Of a stretch of DNA of 64,000 bases, positions 1 through 13,579 are shown piece by piece. Position 1 is the first letter of the stretch. The number at the start of each line of letters is the position of its first letter. The position numbers and the translations under genes are program-made. The DNA comes from Felis catus (taxonomy: Eukaryota). The stretch spans positions 63,738,001-63,802,000 of the forward strand of contig NC_058368.1 of the NCBI RefSeq assembly GCF_018350175.1. Direction: 5' to 3'. Below the pieces are notes generated by a model. It was not told where the DNA came from, made no database searches, and worked only from the letters and a program-made list of their open reading frames with translations.

Positions 1-1472
1 CATTTCCCAACAAACATACATGAGGGACTGGATAAATTAGAGTAATCTTTTACTGAGAAGAATTAGCAAATCCCCAAACCCTACACAAACATTTGCTTGA
101 AGGCATCAGAGAGCTAGCATATAAATAATTATAGGGCCAAACTCCAAGAGAAAAATGAAACCCATAATGATAAGCTTGGCTTGGAGAGGCTTTTCCCCTT
201 GTGTGTCCAGATTCTGGAAGAGGCAATTGAGAGGCTAAGATTACTTGCAAAGATTTTGACAGATTCACTGTGCTAGGAGAACAAAAGTTGGAAGTTAGAA
301 CTTGCCAAGGCAGGCTTTTGGACTCCAAAGCCTATACTCTAGGAATAAGCTTATAGTAGAAAAAGAACTGTTTCTCCTAAGTGTGTAAACCAAGCATTGT
401 ATAATCATAATTTCTGATTATATCAAGGTTATATAGGCTTCCTAATATTCCCAGCAAACTCCAAAAATCAAAAGAAAGTATTCTCGGCAGAGGGATAATG
501 TTATCTTAGGTTGCAAATTATGTCTTTAATTTTCCACATAAAATATCTGGCACTCAAAGAAACAAACAAAAATAGACATATGAGAATACAGGAGAACAGG
601 ATAGAAAACCAAAGAAACAGACTTATAGAACTTTCAGATAATGAAAATATCAAGCATAAACTTAGGGAAAAATGTTGTATGATAATTTTTAGGGAAAGGA
701 AAGACAAGATTCAGATTCTAGGTAGAGGCATGGGAAATGTAAAAAAGAAACAAATGGGAAATTTTATTTTATTTTATTATTTTATTTTATTACAAATGGG
801 AAATTTAGACTGAAAAATAACCACATGAAGACTATGATGGATGAGTTTAACAGCAGACTAGATGAAGCTGAAGGATTGATTAGTAAATTATAATATCCAT
901 CAAAACAAAATATTCAGAGAGATAAAAGGATGGGAAATATATAAAAGAGTGGTGAGAAAAATTAACATTTCTATTAAGAATCTCAAAAGGAGAGAGCAAG
1001 AGAAGGGGCAGAAACAGTACGCAAAAGAACAGAGTTGAGGAATTTTGACAAAGGGTGAAAGACATCAGACTATAAATGAACCCTAAATGGACTCAATAAA
1101 AAGAAAATCATACCTAACCCAACATAGTAAAACTGGTGAAAACCAAAGACAAAGAAAAGAATTCTTAACATGTAAGGGGCAGTGATAAGATTAGCAGTTA
1201 GTCAACAGTCAAAAGAAAAAAAGAGAAACCAGTAGACAATGAAATGTTAATGGAATAAGTGAAAATAACTATAAACCTAGAATTCTATACACATCAAAAA
1301 TATCCTTCAAGATGAAACATAGCCATATTTTTTTAGACAAATAAGGGACACATTTAAAAATAGGTCTGTTATTTAGGCTGAAAGAAAAATGATCACCTAT
1401 AGAAACTAAGAAATGTAGGAAGGACTGAGGAGCCGTAAAAAACTAAATATATGGATACATTTAAAATAATAC

Positions 1473-2065
1473 TCTGCAGGAAAGTGTTATCATAGCAGGC
1501 CTGTTACTACTATCCTTAGAGAAGTCTGCTTGCAAGACTGGCCTTTGGCTGGCCTCTGGGAACTTGGCTGGTAAACAGTTCCTTACACTTATAGAAAACT
1601 TTCTGAAATTGTAACAGTTCACTATTGCTGGGATGTTTATATGAATAACAAGATTTATGCTGAATATCTCACTTCCTCATGAGAGATTGGAATTTTGGCA
1701 CAAGCTTGGCAGAAAGTGCCTATGTGACCAGCCTCTAATAAACCAGTCAAACAACCCCATGGGCCTTGGTCACTGAGTCTCTAGTGAGTTTCCATGAATA
1801 GAAACAATGTGCATATGTTGCTGCATTTTCATTGTTGAGGAAAAAGTACACTCTATGCAACCTCTTTGGGAGGGAGAAGAGCGCCAGGAGATCTAAGTGT
1901 GAATTCCTTCAGACCCTGCCCACTTCTTTACATTACAATCCTGCTCCATGTACTTTCTACAGAGACTTAAGAAATCTTTGCTGTGAGCACAGCTATATGC
2001 TGAGTCCCATGAGTACTTGTAGTGAATCCCCATATGTAGGGATGATCCTGGGGACTCTGGACACA
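1473..2065 (+). mobile_element. Solo ERVL LTR, MER77/MER68-like
   Basis: Contains 'tgcttgcaagactggcctttggctggcctctgggaacttggctggtaaacagttcc' and 'gtgcctatgtgaccagcc', and ends 'ggggactctggacaca'. Flanked by a 5-bp TSD AATAC (1468-1472, 2066-2070). Confidence 0.85.
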
Positions 2066-2877
2066 AATACCACCTGGTAAAATGATAGTAAAAATACGCT
2101 GTGGGGTGTAAAACATATATAGTATTAAAATACACAATAATAACATCAAGTCATGAGTCAAATGACATATAAGCATCTGAGGTCCTTTTTCCTCTCCAAA
2201 AAAATGTAAGGTTATAATTCAGATTAGACTCCTCCAGGTCAAGGATGCCTATTTGAAACGTCTGAAAGAATAGTAAAAGGATGAATAACTACCAAGAAAA
2301 TACATGGAAAATGGTATAATAAAAAATTTTTAAAAAAGTCAAGTATGAAAGGAAACAGAACATAATAAGAAAAGTAGGCACAGTAGCAAATAATAAGTCG
2401 ACTAAATTAACATATCTCAGTAAGTGAAATATGTTAATATGGTAAGCGCTCAAAGTCGAGGATGTGAGACTGGGAAAAAATAACCTAATCATGTGCTGCT
2501 TATAAAAGACAACCTAAAATGAAAGAATTTAGAAAAATTGACAAGTAAAAAAGATAGAAGAAAATATATAATACAAACACCTAAAAATAAACAAGTAAAC
2601 CTAATGAAAATAAAAAGCACACCAAGCCATCATAGTTATGGCAATATTGATATTTGAAAAATTTGTCTCTAAGGCATAAAGCATTATTAAAACCAAAAAG
2701 GAACATATTAGAGTGATTAAAATTTCAGTTTATTATGCAGAAGTAACAGTGTTGGATTTGTAGACATCCATTAGCATGTTTTAAAAAATATAAAACAAAA
2801 ATAACTTATTGAAGAGGAAGATAAAAATAAACTAGTAAGAATACAGTAAACTTAAATTGTGTGATTAAAAATTTGGA

Positions 2878-3094
2878 GGGGCGCCTGGGTGGCTCAGTCC
2901 GTTAAGCGTCCGACTTCAGCTCAGGTCACGATCTCGCGGTCCGCGAGTTCAAGCCGCGTGTTGGGCTCTGGGCTGATGGCTCAGAGCCTGGAGCCTGCTT
3001 CCGATTCTGTGTCTCCCTCTCTCTCTGCCCTTCCCCCGTTCATGCTGTGTCTCTCTCTGTCTCCAAAATAAATAAATGTTAATTTTTTTTTTTT
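2878..3094 (+). mobile_element. Can-SINE, young cat type (SINEC_Fc-like)
   Basis: GGGGCGCCTGGGTGGCTCAGTC head, CT tract, AATAAA tail, CpGs retained; TSD about AATTTGGA. Confidence 0.95.
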
Positions 3095-3908
3095 AATTTG
3101 GAAAGACCTACCTAAGACACTGCCCACACTATATAATATGGCACCCATTTAAAGTGCACAAAGGCATTTACAAATGTGACCACATTCTGGGCTATAACAG
3201 GAGGATGAACAAAGTTAAAAAGATTGTTTCTGTTCACTAGAGAATTAAATTAGAATAAATAATACAATGATTACATAAAAGTCCCTTATGTCTGGAAATT
3301 TAAATATACTTTTAGGTTAGGGAGACACTGGTAAGTATTAGAAAAAAGTTTGAATGGAATAATGAAGGAAAAGAAGAAATGTGAAGTATTTGGATGCAGA
3401 GGGAAATTTAGAGTGGTAAGTGAATTTCTTACAAGTAAAGAAAAATGGAAAATCAATGATCTTGGTATCCATCTCAAAGAAAGTAGAAGAAAGGAAATAA
3501 TGATAAGAACAGAAAAAATAAAAAGCAAAATGAAGCTATCAAAATGAAGAGTTATTTGAAAAGTCTAATAAGATAACACCCTACCTTCCCCCAACTAGAC
3601 TGACAGAGAGATGAGAAATTAAACTATTCAGGAGAGAAATAATACACAAAAACTAGGTAGGGTTGTTTTCAGGAATATAAGTTTGATTTACCACCAGAAA
3701 ATCATGTAATATAATTTCTCAAGAGACTGAAGAGGGGAAAAAGATCACAGGATCATCTCAATATGGGCAGAAGTGCATTGTATAATATTTGACATCCATT
3801 GATGGTAAAAATAGTGTCTACAAATAGAAATGAATTTGATAAAGGTAGCTAGAGAAAACCGATTATGGCAAACATCATACTTAATAAAATCTTGATAATG
3901 TTTTTCTT

Positions 3909-4121
3909 CTCTTTTTTTTAATGTTTTTATTTTTTATTTTTGAGAGAGACAGAACATGAGTGGGAGAGAGGCAGAAAGAAAGGAAGACACAGAATCTGAA
4001 ATAGGCTCCAGGCTCTGAGCTGTCAGCACAGAGCCCAACGCGGGGCTCAAACCCACAAACCATGAGATCATGACCTAAGCCGCAGTCGGATGCTTAGCCA
4101 ACTGAGCCACCCAGGAGCCCC
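3909..4121 (-). mobile_element. Can-SINE
   Basis: Full reverse-complement SINE; 15-bp TSD GATAATGTTTTTCTT (3894-3908, 4122-4136). Confidence 0.95.
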
Positions 4122-5984
4122 GATAATGTTTTTCTTAACATTGGCAAGGCTACAGTGAAGCCCACAATCATCACCTCTTCTCGGTATTACTGGATGGATT
4201 ACTACAATAATGCAAACAAAAGAAGTAAAAGTATTGGAAAGGAAAAACCAAAACTGTTATTTACTCACTGATACGGTTTTTTAAATTCCACAATAATTTA
4301 CATATTTGAACTACAAATTGAATTTTGCCAAAGCTGGGACATAAAGTCAATATTCAAACATCATTTCAATATGCCAACAATAAACTAAGGTTTACCAACA
4401 ATATAAACTCAAATTGAAGTATACTAACAATAAAATGAAATTGTGAAGAGAGATGCAATTCATAGTAGCATCAACAATGTCAAATACCTAAGATGGCTTA
4501 AACTGCTACGCAAGTTAGTGAGCTATTATAGAGAAGAAAGAGATTTATAAATGCAAATTAATCCTAATCAGAATTTTGTCAGGTTCTCTTTTTTTTTTTT
4601 CGTAGAAATTGAAATGCTGATTTCAAAATTAACATGTAAATGAAAAGGGGCGAGAATAGGGAATACTTTTGAAGAAGGATTTGGGAGGATTTTCTAATAT
4701 TGAGATTTTTTACAAAGATACAGTCCCTACTATAGGGTACTGTTGGTGTCAAATGGGACAGAAAACAGTGTGCAGAAACATCCATAAACACATGAAAACT
4801 TGATTTAAGATTTTTTTGGTTTGTTTTAGTAATAGTTGCTGATTCATTTGGACAATCCAGAAGGGAAAATGAAACTTGATCCTTATACCATCCACATGAA
4901 AAAAAAAATCAATTTTATGTGAAATACTGACTTATATGTAAAAGGTAAAATATTCGTGAATACTTTCATAACTTTGGAATAGGGATAATTTCATAACCAA
5001 GACAAACCATTAACTATGCAAGAGAAGACTGAAAACTTGGACTACATTAAAACTAAGAACTTGTTAATAAAAACTTCAGTAGAGAATGAAATGTAAGTCA
5101 CAGATGGAAGAAAATATTTGCAAAACACATATTTAAAAAAGGGCAAGAAAAAAAAAGGGCAAAAACTTGAGCAGGCAGTCTACAAAGAGGAATATCCAAA
5201 TGGCCACTAAACATATACAAATTGTTCAACTTCAAAAGACTGACAATAGTAAATGTTGGCAAAGGTGGTGAATTCTCATATACTATTGGTGGGAATATAA
5301 ATTCGCATAATCATTTTGGAAACAAGTTTACTAATATTGAGCATATGTGTACTCTAACCCTGCACTTTAGCCTCTGAGTGTGTGTCCAACAGAAATGCAT
5401 ATACATGAAAGCCAAAAGCAATGTGGAAGAATGTTCATAACAACATGTTTGTAATAGTCAAAGTGGAGACAGCTCAGATGCCCATCAATACTAAAATGAA
5501 TGGATTGTAGTCGAATCATACAATGAAACATGATGTAGCAATGGATATGAATGAATGCAGTCACTCTTGAAAACATGGATAATCTTGCAATTATGTTGAG
5601 TGGAAGGAACTTATGAATATAGTATAATTCGATCAATATGAAGTTAAAATATGCAATAATATTAATATACGGTGTTTGAGTCAGAATAATAGTTATATTG
5701 GGGGGGAAATGGGGTTGTAGTAAAAGGGCCACAAATAGCTTCTGGGAGGCAGGTAACACTCTGAGTGCTTTTTCTGAGCTGTGCATTATTTGTGTGTGTG
5801 TTATATTTTTAAAAGCTAAAGAGACTACATACAGAATTTAGAGTTGAGCTCTGCCTATTAATTTCTATCTACATTTTGAGGTTATTTTTTCTTTTAAATA
5901 TGATTTTTAATATTTATTATTTTTATTTCAAGATTACTTTGTCATATTAATATGTTAGAACATGGAAATCTGAGGTAAATTTTT

Positions 5985-6211
5985 AATTTTTTTAAATTTA
6001 TTTATTTACATTTATTTATTATTAGGAGACAGAGAGAGAGACAGAGCATGAGCGGGGGAGGGGCAGACAGAGGGGGAGACAGAGTCTGAAGCAGGCTCCA
6101 GGCTCTGAGCTGTTAGCACACAGCCGGACACAAGGCTCGAACTCATGAACTGCGAGACCGTGACCTGAGCCAAAGTCAGGTACTTAACCAACTGAGCCAC
6201 CCAGGCGCTCT
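5985..6211 (-). mobile_element. Can-SINE
   Basis: Reverse-complement SINE; TSD TGAGGTA(A/G)ATTTTT (5971-5984, 6212-6225). Confidence 0.95.
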
Positions 6212-6228
6212 TGAGGTAGATTTTTAGG

Positions 6229-6273
6229 AAAACAAAACAAAACAAAACAAAACAAAACAAAACAAAACAAACA
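6229..6273. repeat. (AAAAC)n microsatellite
   Basis: Seen directly. Confidence 0.95.
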
Positions 6274-7994
6274 AGTTATATTCTTCTTGAAAAATCTTAT
6301 CTAAGATTGTCTACTTCTATTGTCTTTCCTTCGAGCCTAAATTAATTGCATGGTCCTGTTTTAAATATGCTAGACACACTGTTTCCTGGCTTACAATAGA
6401 GCCCAGTTTTATTTAGACAGCATTACTTTTGATTAGTTTGATGCTTTTAAATGGAATATGTAACTTTACAAATAAAAATGGAAATGAGTTTAGGGAAACA
6501 GGCTAGGTATATTAGATATGCAGGAAGAAACTCTGATAGCAACAACCAAAATTAGTGTCTCTAATAGTGACATGCTGAAGTCAGAGAGAGGTGCCAGAAA
6601 TCTCTAATATGTTTCAATGAATTTGCACAAGAAAATTTATTTCCAAGCTGCTACAATAATATTGAGGTACTGTTAACTCATTGTTTTACTAAACAACTCA
6701 CTTAAATTTCTGGTCTTCCTTGATATTTTAGGATTATCAGTTGATGTGTCAGTAACTAAAAAGTTTGGCAATTAACATGTTAGGGCACATATAGTGTTAT
6801 TGGAAAGTGAAATGAGTTACTTACAGATAGACCTTGCTTCAGAGTCATTTCATACACAGAGTATAAATATGTAACTGAAGTGAGGATTATTTTTTTTAAT
6901 GTCTTCTTATAAGCAGTAAAGTTTCTTAAGCATCTGCTCAAAATGTCTAATTGTGGGTTCTTTCAAGTGCATATTTATGCATAAAATAATGCTAGTAAAA
7001 TAAAACAGTAATAGTAAGGCACATTTGTATTGGTATCACTGTATAAAACATCTCCTTATTTAAGAAAAGAAGCAGTGCATTGGAATAGTTTGGCCAAGGA
7101 ACTATCCTTTTCATTAAACCTTCATACCAACTTCCCTTGCTTCTTACTTCTTTCTTCCTACGTTTAGACAATCATTCAGCGGATAGTTTTTGTGTGGCTT
7201 CTTCCTGATCTTTCTCTTTTACGCAACATTTTACAGACTCTCACAGCACCCACTGATATTTCTTGCTTTAGTCATGAATGATATCAGTTTCCTTTTGAAA
7301 TATCATCATTTTATTATTATTTGCTTTTTTAATGAAGGCTCTTTTCCTAATGAAATTCCCAGTTTCTGAAAACAGGAACGGCCTTTTCTTGTTTTTGCAC
7401 ATATCAATGAACACAGAATGTGCTCGAGACATCCTCATCAAATAGAGTTGTGTGGTTAAAGATTTAAGCTTGTATGAATGAAGTCCAACCCTTTTGGGAG
7501 ATTACTGTTTAAACAATTTCTCCTGCATTGTGTATTATCCTTGCCATATTGCTATTAAAGTAATGAGATTTCTGGTTCAGTACTCATAATGTGGAACCTC
7601 ACAATAGGAAATTATAAAGAACAGGTTCAAATCAGCTTCAATACTGGTTGCACATTAAAACCATTACAGGTCAACCCTGGTGCCTTCCACAGAGTGTATT
7701 CGCAACACTGAATTACTGGTGGAGACTAACAACACGGGTGTAATCCTCCTTTTACTGAGAGTTGGAGAAACATCAACTCATCTAGCGGTGCCTTGCATTT
7801 CCTTAGTGGTTAATACTAATCATGCTTCAAAAATCCACTCATACAGCCATGATAAATATCCTTAAGCTTCAAATATGCATGCGATCTTTAGGATTAACTT
7901 TCTCCCTTTCTGGGCATGTCTGCCCACCTGCATGTAGGAATATAAGATTGTTCTGAAGGACTGCTAGTTAAGAAAAAGTCTCTGTAGTCACATT

Positions 7995-8130
7995 GCCCAG
8001 TATTGACGGTGCAGCCTTGGGAAAGCTTCTGAACTTCTCTGAGCCTCATTTTCCATATGTAAGTGGAGATCATGATGGTGACTTTTTTACTGGGAGAGTT
8101 GAGACAAACTGAGGAGATAACCTTAAACAA
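7995..8130 (+). mobile_element. MIR fragment
   Basis: Core-like 'ccttgggaaagcttctgaacttctctgagcctcattttcc'. Confidence 0.65.
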
Positions 8131-8300
8131 TTCCCTTCTCGCTCCACAGGTGATATGTACTCCCATACCACACAGAAAAAAAAAAGATAGGTGAGAGCAT
8201 TCCCACTTTTAAAAATTTTATCTCAAAAATTTAAATTTATGATGTGAATCTTCACCTGTTCTTTCTTCCTGCCTTTCATCTCTAAACGTGAGACTGTCTC

Positions 8301-8505
8301 AACATTTTTTATTTATTTTTGGGACAGAGAGAGACAGAGCATGAACGGGGGAGGGGCAGAGAGAGAGGGAGACACAGAATCAGAAACAGGCTCCAGGCTC
8401 CGAGCCATCAGCCCAGAGCCTGACGCGGGGCTCGAACTCACGGACCGCGAGATCGTGACCTGGCTGAAGTTGGAGGCTTAACCGACTGCGCCACCCAGGC
8501 GCCCC
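8301..8505 (-). mobile_element. Can-SINE, young cat type
   Basis: CpG-rich reverse-complement SINE; TSD GAGACTGTCTC (8290-8300, 8508-8518). Confidence 0.95.
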
Positions 8506-8859
8506 TAGAGACTGTCTCTTCCTTCACAAGGCAAAAGCTAGACCTGTACTCATAACCTCTTCCCTCTTTGCATTCATCACCTTCCTGTATCCTCTATCCC
8601 TTATTTTGCTGTATTTTTAATTTCTCTCATTCCAGTTTTTCTTTCTGTTCAGCCTATGCTTTAGGTTGTGTTTGATTCTGACAGCCATTTGAACTGCTCC
8701 TTCCTGGTTTCCTCCCTTTTCCAGCAAACTTAGAAAAATTTTACACTCTGTATGGGTTTTATCAGCTTTTCCATTAGTTGATATGTTAATATTAATAACC
8801 CAAACTTGTTACAAATAGAATAAATAGACATTTTTCTCATTATCTCTTCAGCTCACCAG

Positions 8860-9430
8860 TGTGCCTTCTATGCCCTTGTTCCTGAAATGGCGCTATCAAA
8901 GATCACTGGTGACTGCTGGGGGATCCCACTTTCCAACTGGCTGACTTCTGTGCAATAGGTGGTCCTTGACCATTTCTCCCTACCGTTGATAGCTCCTCTG
9001 TGACTTCTTTTTCAAATTTAGTTATAGCACTTTTCTAATCCTCTTGCCTTTTTAAAAATGACTTCTTTTTACTCTTATTTCCCCTCCTTAATTGTGATAC
9101 ATATTTTCAGTTTCATTTACCTTTTCTTTTCCTTTATCTTTATATTCTCTCTCTCCCTGTCTCTCTCAATAGTCTCATTTAATTATAATCTTTTACCACT
9201 TACCAGTGTTCCAGTGACTTGACAGTGTATATTTCTAGGTCACATCATCTATGTGCAGCTCCAAATGCAACATGAAAACAGGCCACTGGATGTGCCATAA
9301 GTGCCTCAAAGTGAGCATCCCCAAGACGGTAGATCTGTCTTTCCCCCATTCTACTGCTCTAGACCACGCCTTCATCCCCTCTCATGTGGACCACTGCAGT
9401 CACCTCTAAATTAATCTCACCACTTCACAT
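8860..9430 (+). mobile_element. L2 fragments
   Basis: Pyrimidine-rich, with the L2-like motif 'ctggatgtgccataagtgcctcaaagtgagcatccccaa'. Confidence 0.55.
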
Positions 9431-10263
9431 CATGAGAAGGGTTAGGAAGGAAAGGTCTAAAAGTGCATGGCTGAGAATTTCTTTATAATTTCTCCAATGT
9501 GCAGAAAGTTGCTGGTTAGTACACATTGTCAAAGGGACCAGAGTGGGAATTTTAGTCCCTTTCTCTTTGAGTCAGCTTCATTATCTTGGATTTATTCAAG
9601 TGTGTGAGCTGCTTCACCCAGATCCATGCACATAGAGGCCGTGTGGCTAAGAACACTGTGTTACATACTTTATGTAATTTGAATTTATGTCAGTATTTCA
9701 TGATTAGATTCCAAGACATGAAGATCCAAATTATTTACTCAGTGAATATTAGAAATATTTTTTATATTTTGCCTTGCTAAGTTTTATGACAATTAATGGG
9801 TATTGTCTATGGAGAGATTATATTAAATATTCTTCTGTCCTTTAGTGTGTTAGCTTGGGGTCTAATAATTTTGTTATTTTATAATATAAATTACATAAAA
9901 ATTTAAAAACCTTACTTTTGAGAGTATTATATAATATGCTTTTGAAAATATGTCATTTATTTATATATATTTTGCTAATTTCAGTATTTTCCTTAATAAA
10001 CATGTATATTAAGGGTCAAACGCATATTTGACCCTGAATATCTGAAACCACTATTTATTTATGTGAGTCATGGGTGTACTTGAGAAGGAGAAGGAAAGTA
10101 CTGATTTGAAGCTTCAATTATCAAATTATCTTGATATCAAATAAATATAAAATATCAAGTAATATTTCCAAAATATTTGAGAATAGGTCATTTACCTTTT
10201 TTTCCTATTACAAAGACGGATTTCTAAAAATATTTATTGATTAAAAAGGCTTTGAACTGTTCC

Positions 10264-10614
10264 TATCTTAGTCCATGTGGGCTGCAATAACAAAATATGG
10301 ACTGGGCAACTTAGAAACAATGGGAATTTATTTCTCACAGTTCTTGAGGCTGCGAAGTCCAAGATCGAGGCATTGGCAGACTCTGTCTCATGTGAGACTG
10401 CTTTCTGGCTGTGGATAGTGGCTTATGTCCTCATATGCTGGAAATGACTAGAAATTTCTCTGGGACTTCTTATGTAAGGACGCTAATCCTATTCATGAAG
10501 GTTCTGCCCTCATGCCCTAATCACCTCCCAAAAGCTTTGCCTCCAGTATCCTTACATTGGAGATTAAGTTTCAACTCTGAATTTTAGGGAGACCCAAACA
10601 TTCAGACCATAGTA
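10264..10614 (-). mobile_element. MaLR solo LTR, MLT1A/MLT1A0-like
   Basis: 'tatcttagtccat...aatttatttctcacagttcttgaggctgcgaagtccaagatc...caaacattcagaccatag'. Confidence 0.88.
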
Positions 10615-12512
10615 ATTTTTCTTAACATTTGATTTCTTCACGTGTTTATTAGCTGTTTATAAATCTAACTTGAAAAATGACCCTAGATAGTTACGTTTTT
10701 TTATATTTTATCTTAAGGAAATTAATGCTCATAGCTGTACAGTTATATCTGCTTAGTTATGTCACAGCAGTAAAAATGTAACATGCTTATTTGGGTTCTG
10801 TTCACCTACCATTTGTAAGCATAAGAGTTTATTGTACTAAATTAACCTGTCCTATCTATACTATATTCATAAACTTAATAGCAGTCCTCCATAGTAAAAT
10901 AACTACAAAAATATTTTATTTCTGTGTTATGTGTAACAAGACATACATTTGTCTATAAAATAATTATAATCATTTTACTAGGACCATAAGCATTATTATA
11001 ATGAATGCAATAATTAATCTCCTTTATTTCAAAAACATCTCCAAGTTCTATTTTAAAGGAATTTAAATAGATACGTTGCTGGATTTGTACTCTAAACCTT
11101 TCATTTCTATCTACAAAATGATGTAATTTGATCACATTAGAAACAATAAACTGTAAGTATTTATGCATTTTTGTCCTATGCTAGTTATGAAATCTTCAGA
11201 ACATTGAAAATAAGTACAGTTATATAGTTTTTCTTCCTTTTCACATGATAATTTCAAAAGGTGTGACATAAAATGTTAATATTTCCTTTCTGTGGGTTCT
11301 TTTTAACTGATATTTTATTTGATTTTTTGGTATTTTGCAGCATAACCTTTTATAATTCAATGGGAACCAAAATTCTACCTCACAGTGAGCTGCCTTTTTG
11401 TACTTTTTCTCTCAGTGGTGCCTTTTAAAATATATATCATCTTTTGTTTACCTATTTTCGGATTCTGAACTGTAATTATAATAAATTTCTGTCTATGCTT
11501 TTTAAGGTTCTTGAATTCTGCACTTGCATATGAGTAATACAAAATAGTTGGTAGAACAAACTGATTCTAATGTTTATGTGGAAAGTCAAAAGACACAGAA
11601 TAGCTAGTACAATATAGTTGAAGAACTGATCTAGGACCTGACCTCAACACTTACTATAAAGCTGTAGTAACCAAGACAGTGTGGTTTTGGTGAAATAATA
11701 GACAAATAGATCAGTGGAGCCAAAAAGAGAGTCCTGATATAAATCCACAAAAATACAGTCAACTGATTTTCGACAAAGGAGCAAAGACAATCAATGGAGC
11801 AAATATAGGCTTTTCAACAAATCATGCTGTGACAGCTGGATATCTGGGTGCAAAAAAGTGAATGTAGACATAGACATTCTACCTCTCATAAAAATTAACT
11901 CAAAATAGATTGTAGACTTAAATGTAAAATGCAAAACTAAAACTCCTAGTAGGTAACATAGGAGAAAACCTACATGATCTGGATATGGGGATGACTTACT
12001 AGATACAACACCAAAGGTATGGTCCATGAAGGAAATAATTGATAAGCTGGACTTCATAAAAATGGAAAATTTCTGCTCTGCAGACAATGTCAAGAGAATG
12101 AGAAAACAAGCCACAAACTGGGAGAACATATTTGCAAAAGACACATCTGATAAAGGACTGTTATCCAAATTATACAAAGAACTCTTAAAACTCAACAATG
12201 AGAAAACAATTTGATTAAAAAATGGACCAATGACCTTAACAGACACCTCACCAAAGAAGATATACAGATGGCAAATAAGTGTATGAAAAGATTCTCCACA
12301 TCATACATCATCAGAGAAATGTAAATTAAAAAACCAATAACATAATATTATACATCTTTTGGAATGGCCAAAATCTGGATCACTGGCAACACCAAATGTT
12401 CATGAAGATGTGGAACAATGGGAGCCCTCATACATCCTCTAGTGGGGATGCAAGCTCATAGCAGCTTAATTTTATTTATTTATGTATTAAAATTTTTTTT
12501 CAATATTTATTT

Positions 12513-12731
12513 ATTTATTTTTTTTTCAACGTTTATTTATTTTTGGGACAGAGAGAGACAGAGCATGAACGGGGGAGGGGCAGAGAGAGAGGGAGACACA
12601 CAGAATCAGAAACAGGCTCCAGGCTCTGAGCCATCAGCCCAGAGCCTGACGCGGGGCTCGAACTCACTGACCACGAGATCGTGACCTGGCTGAAGTCGGA
12701 CGCTTAACCGACTGCGCCACCCAGGCGCCCC
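12513..12731 (-). mobile_element. Can-SINE, young cat type, nested in the tail of the next SINE
   Basis: TSD TCAAT(A/G)TTTATTT (12500-12512, 12732-12744). Confidence 0.93.
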
Positions 12732-12752
12732 TCAATGTTTATTTTTGAGAGT

Positions 12753-12783
<31 letters not shown>

Positions 12784-12951
12784 CGTGAGTGGGGGAGGGA
12801 CAGAGACAGAGGGAGACACAGAATCAGAGGCAGGCTCCAGGCTCTGAGTTGTCAGCACAGAGCCCGACGCGGGGCTTGAACTCACGAACCGTGAGATCAT
12901 TGACCTGAGCTGAAGTTGGATGCTTAACCAACTGAGCCACCCAGGTGCCCC
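12732..12951 (-). mobile_element. Can-SINE (its tail continues at 12475-12512)
   Basis: Reverse-complement SINE ending 'ccaggtgcccc'. Confidence 0.93.
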
Positions 12952-12964
12952 TAGCTGAATTTTA

Positions 12965-12985
12965 ATTTTTTAATGTTTATTTATT

Positions 12986-13035
<50 letters not shown>

Positions 13036-13205
13036 TGTGAGCAGGGGAGGGGCAGAGAGAGAGGGAGACACAGAATCTGAGGCAGGCTCCAGATTCTGAG
13101 CTGTCAGCACAAAGCCCGATGTGGGGCTCAAACTCACAGATCATGAGATCATGACCTGAGCCAAAGTCGGACTGTCAACAGACTAAGCCACCCAGGCATC
13201 CCCCC
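12965..13205 (-). mobile_element. Can-SINE
   Basis: Reverse-complement SINE with a long (GA)n tract. Confidence 0.93.
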
Positions 13206-13352
13206 TAGCTTAATTTTAATTGGCAAAACTTGGAAGCAACCAAAATATCCTTCACTAGGTAAATGGATAAATAAACTGGTACATCCAGACAGTGGGAATA
13301 TTATTCAGCACTAAAAAGAAATGTGTGCTCAAGCCATGACGAGACATGGAGA

Positions 13353-13378
13353 TATTTTTTTTAAGATTATTTATTTAT

Positions 13379-13436
<58 letters not shown>

Positions 13437-13579
13437 AGAGAGAGAAAGAGTATCCCAAGTAGGCTTTGCACTGTCAGCACAGAGCCTGATGCGGGGCTTA
13501 AACTCATGAACCACAAGATCATGACCTGAGTTGAAACCAAGAGTTGGACGCTTAACTGACTGAGCTACTTAGGTGCCCC
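13353..13579 (-). mobile_element. Can-SINE
   Basis: TSD AGACATGGAGA (13342-13352, 13581-13591). Confidence 0.92.

Larger units (their letters stand above)
480..5820 (+). mobile_element. Ancient, heavily degraded LINE-1 (L1M, probably L1ME-type): ORF1 remnant, ORF2 remnants and 3' UTR; interrupted by an LTR and two SINEs
   Basis: A-rich + strand with L1-like motifs in the expected order: ORF1-like 'ctataaacctagaattctatac' (~1270), endonuclease-region 'atgtgctgcttataaaagacaacc' (~2490), 'gatcatctcaatatgggcagaagtgcattg' (~3750), 'aatatccaaatggccactaaacatat' (~5190), then an old-type 3' UTR. No intact ORF. Confidence 0.8.

Noticed and set aside
2878..2960. tRNA-like A/B boxes here and in other SINE heads
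   Set aside because: These are tRNA-derived SINE promoters, not tRNA genes.
11791..12246. 151-aa minus-strand ORF
   Set aside because: Antisense reading of degraded L1 ORF2.
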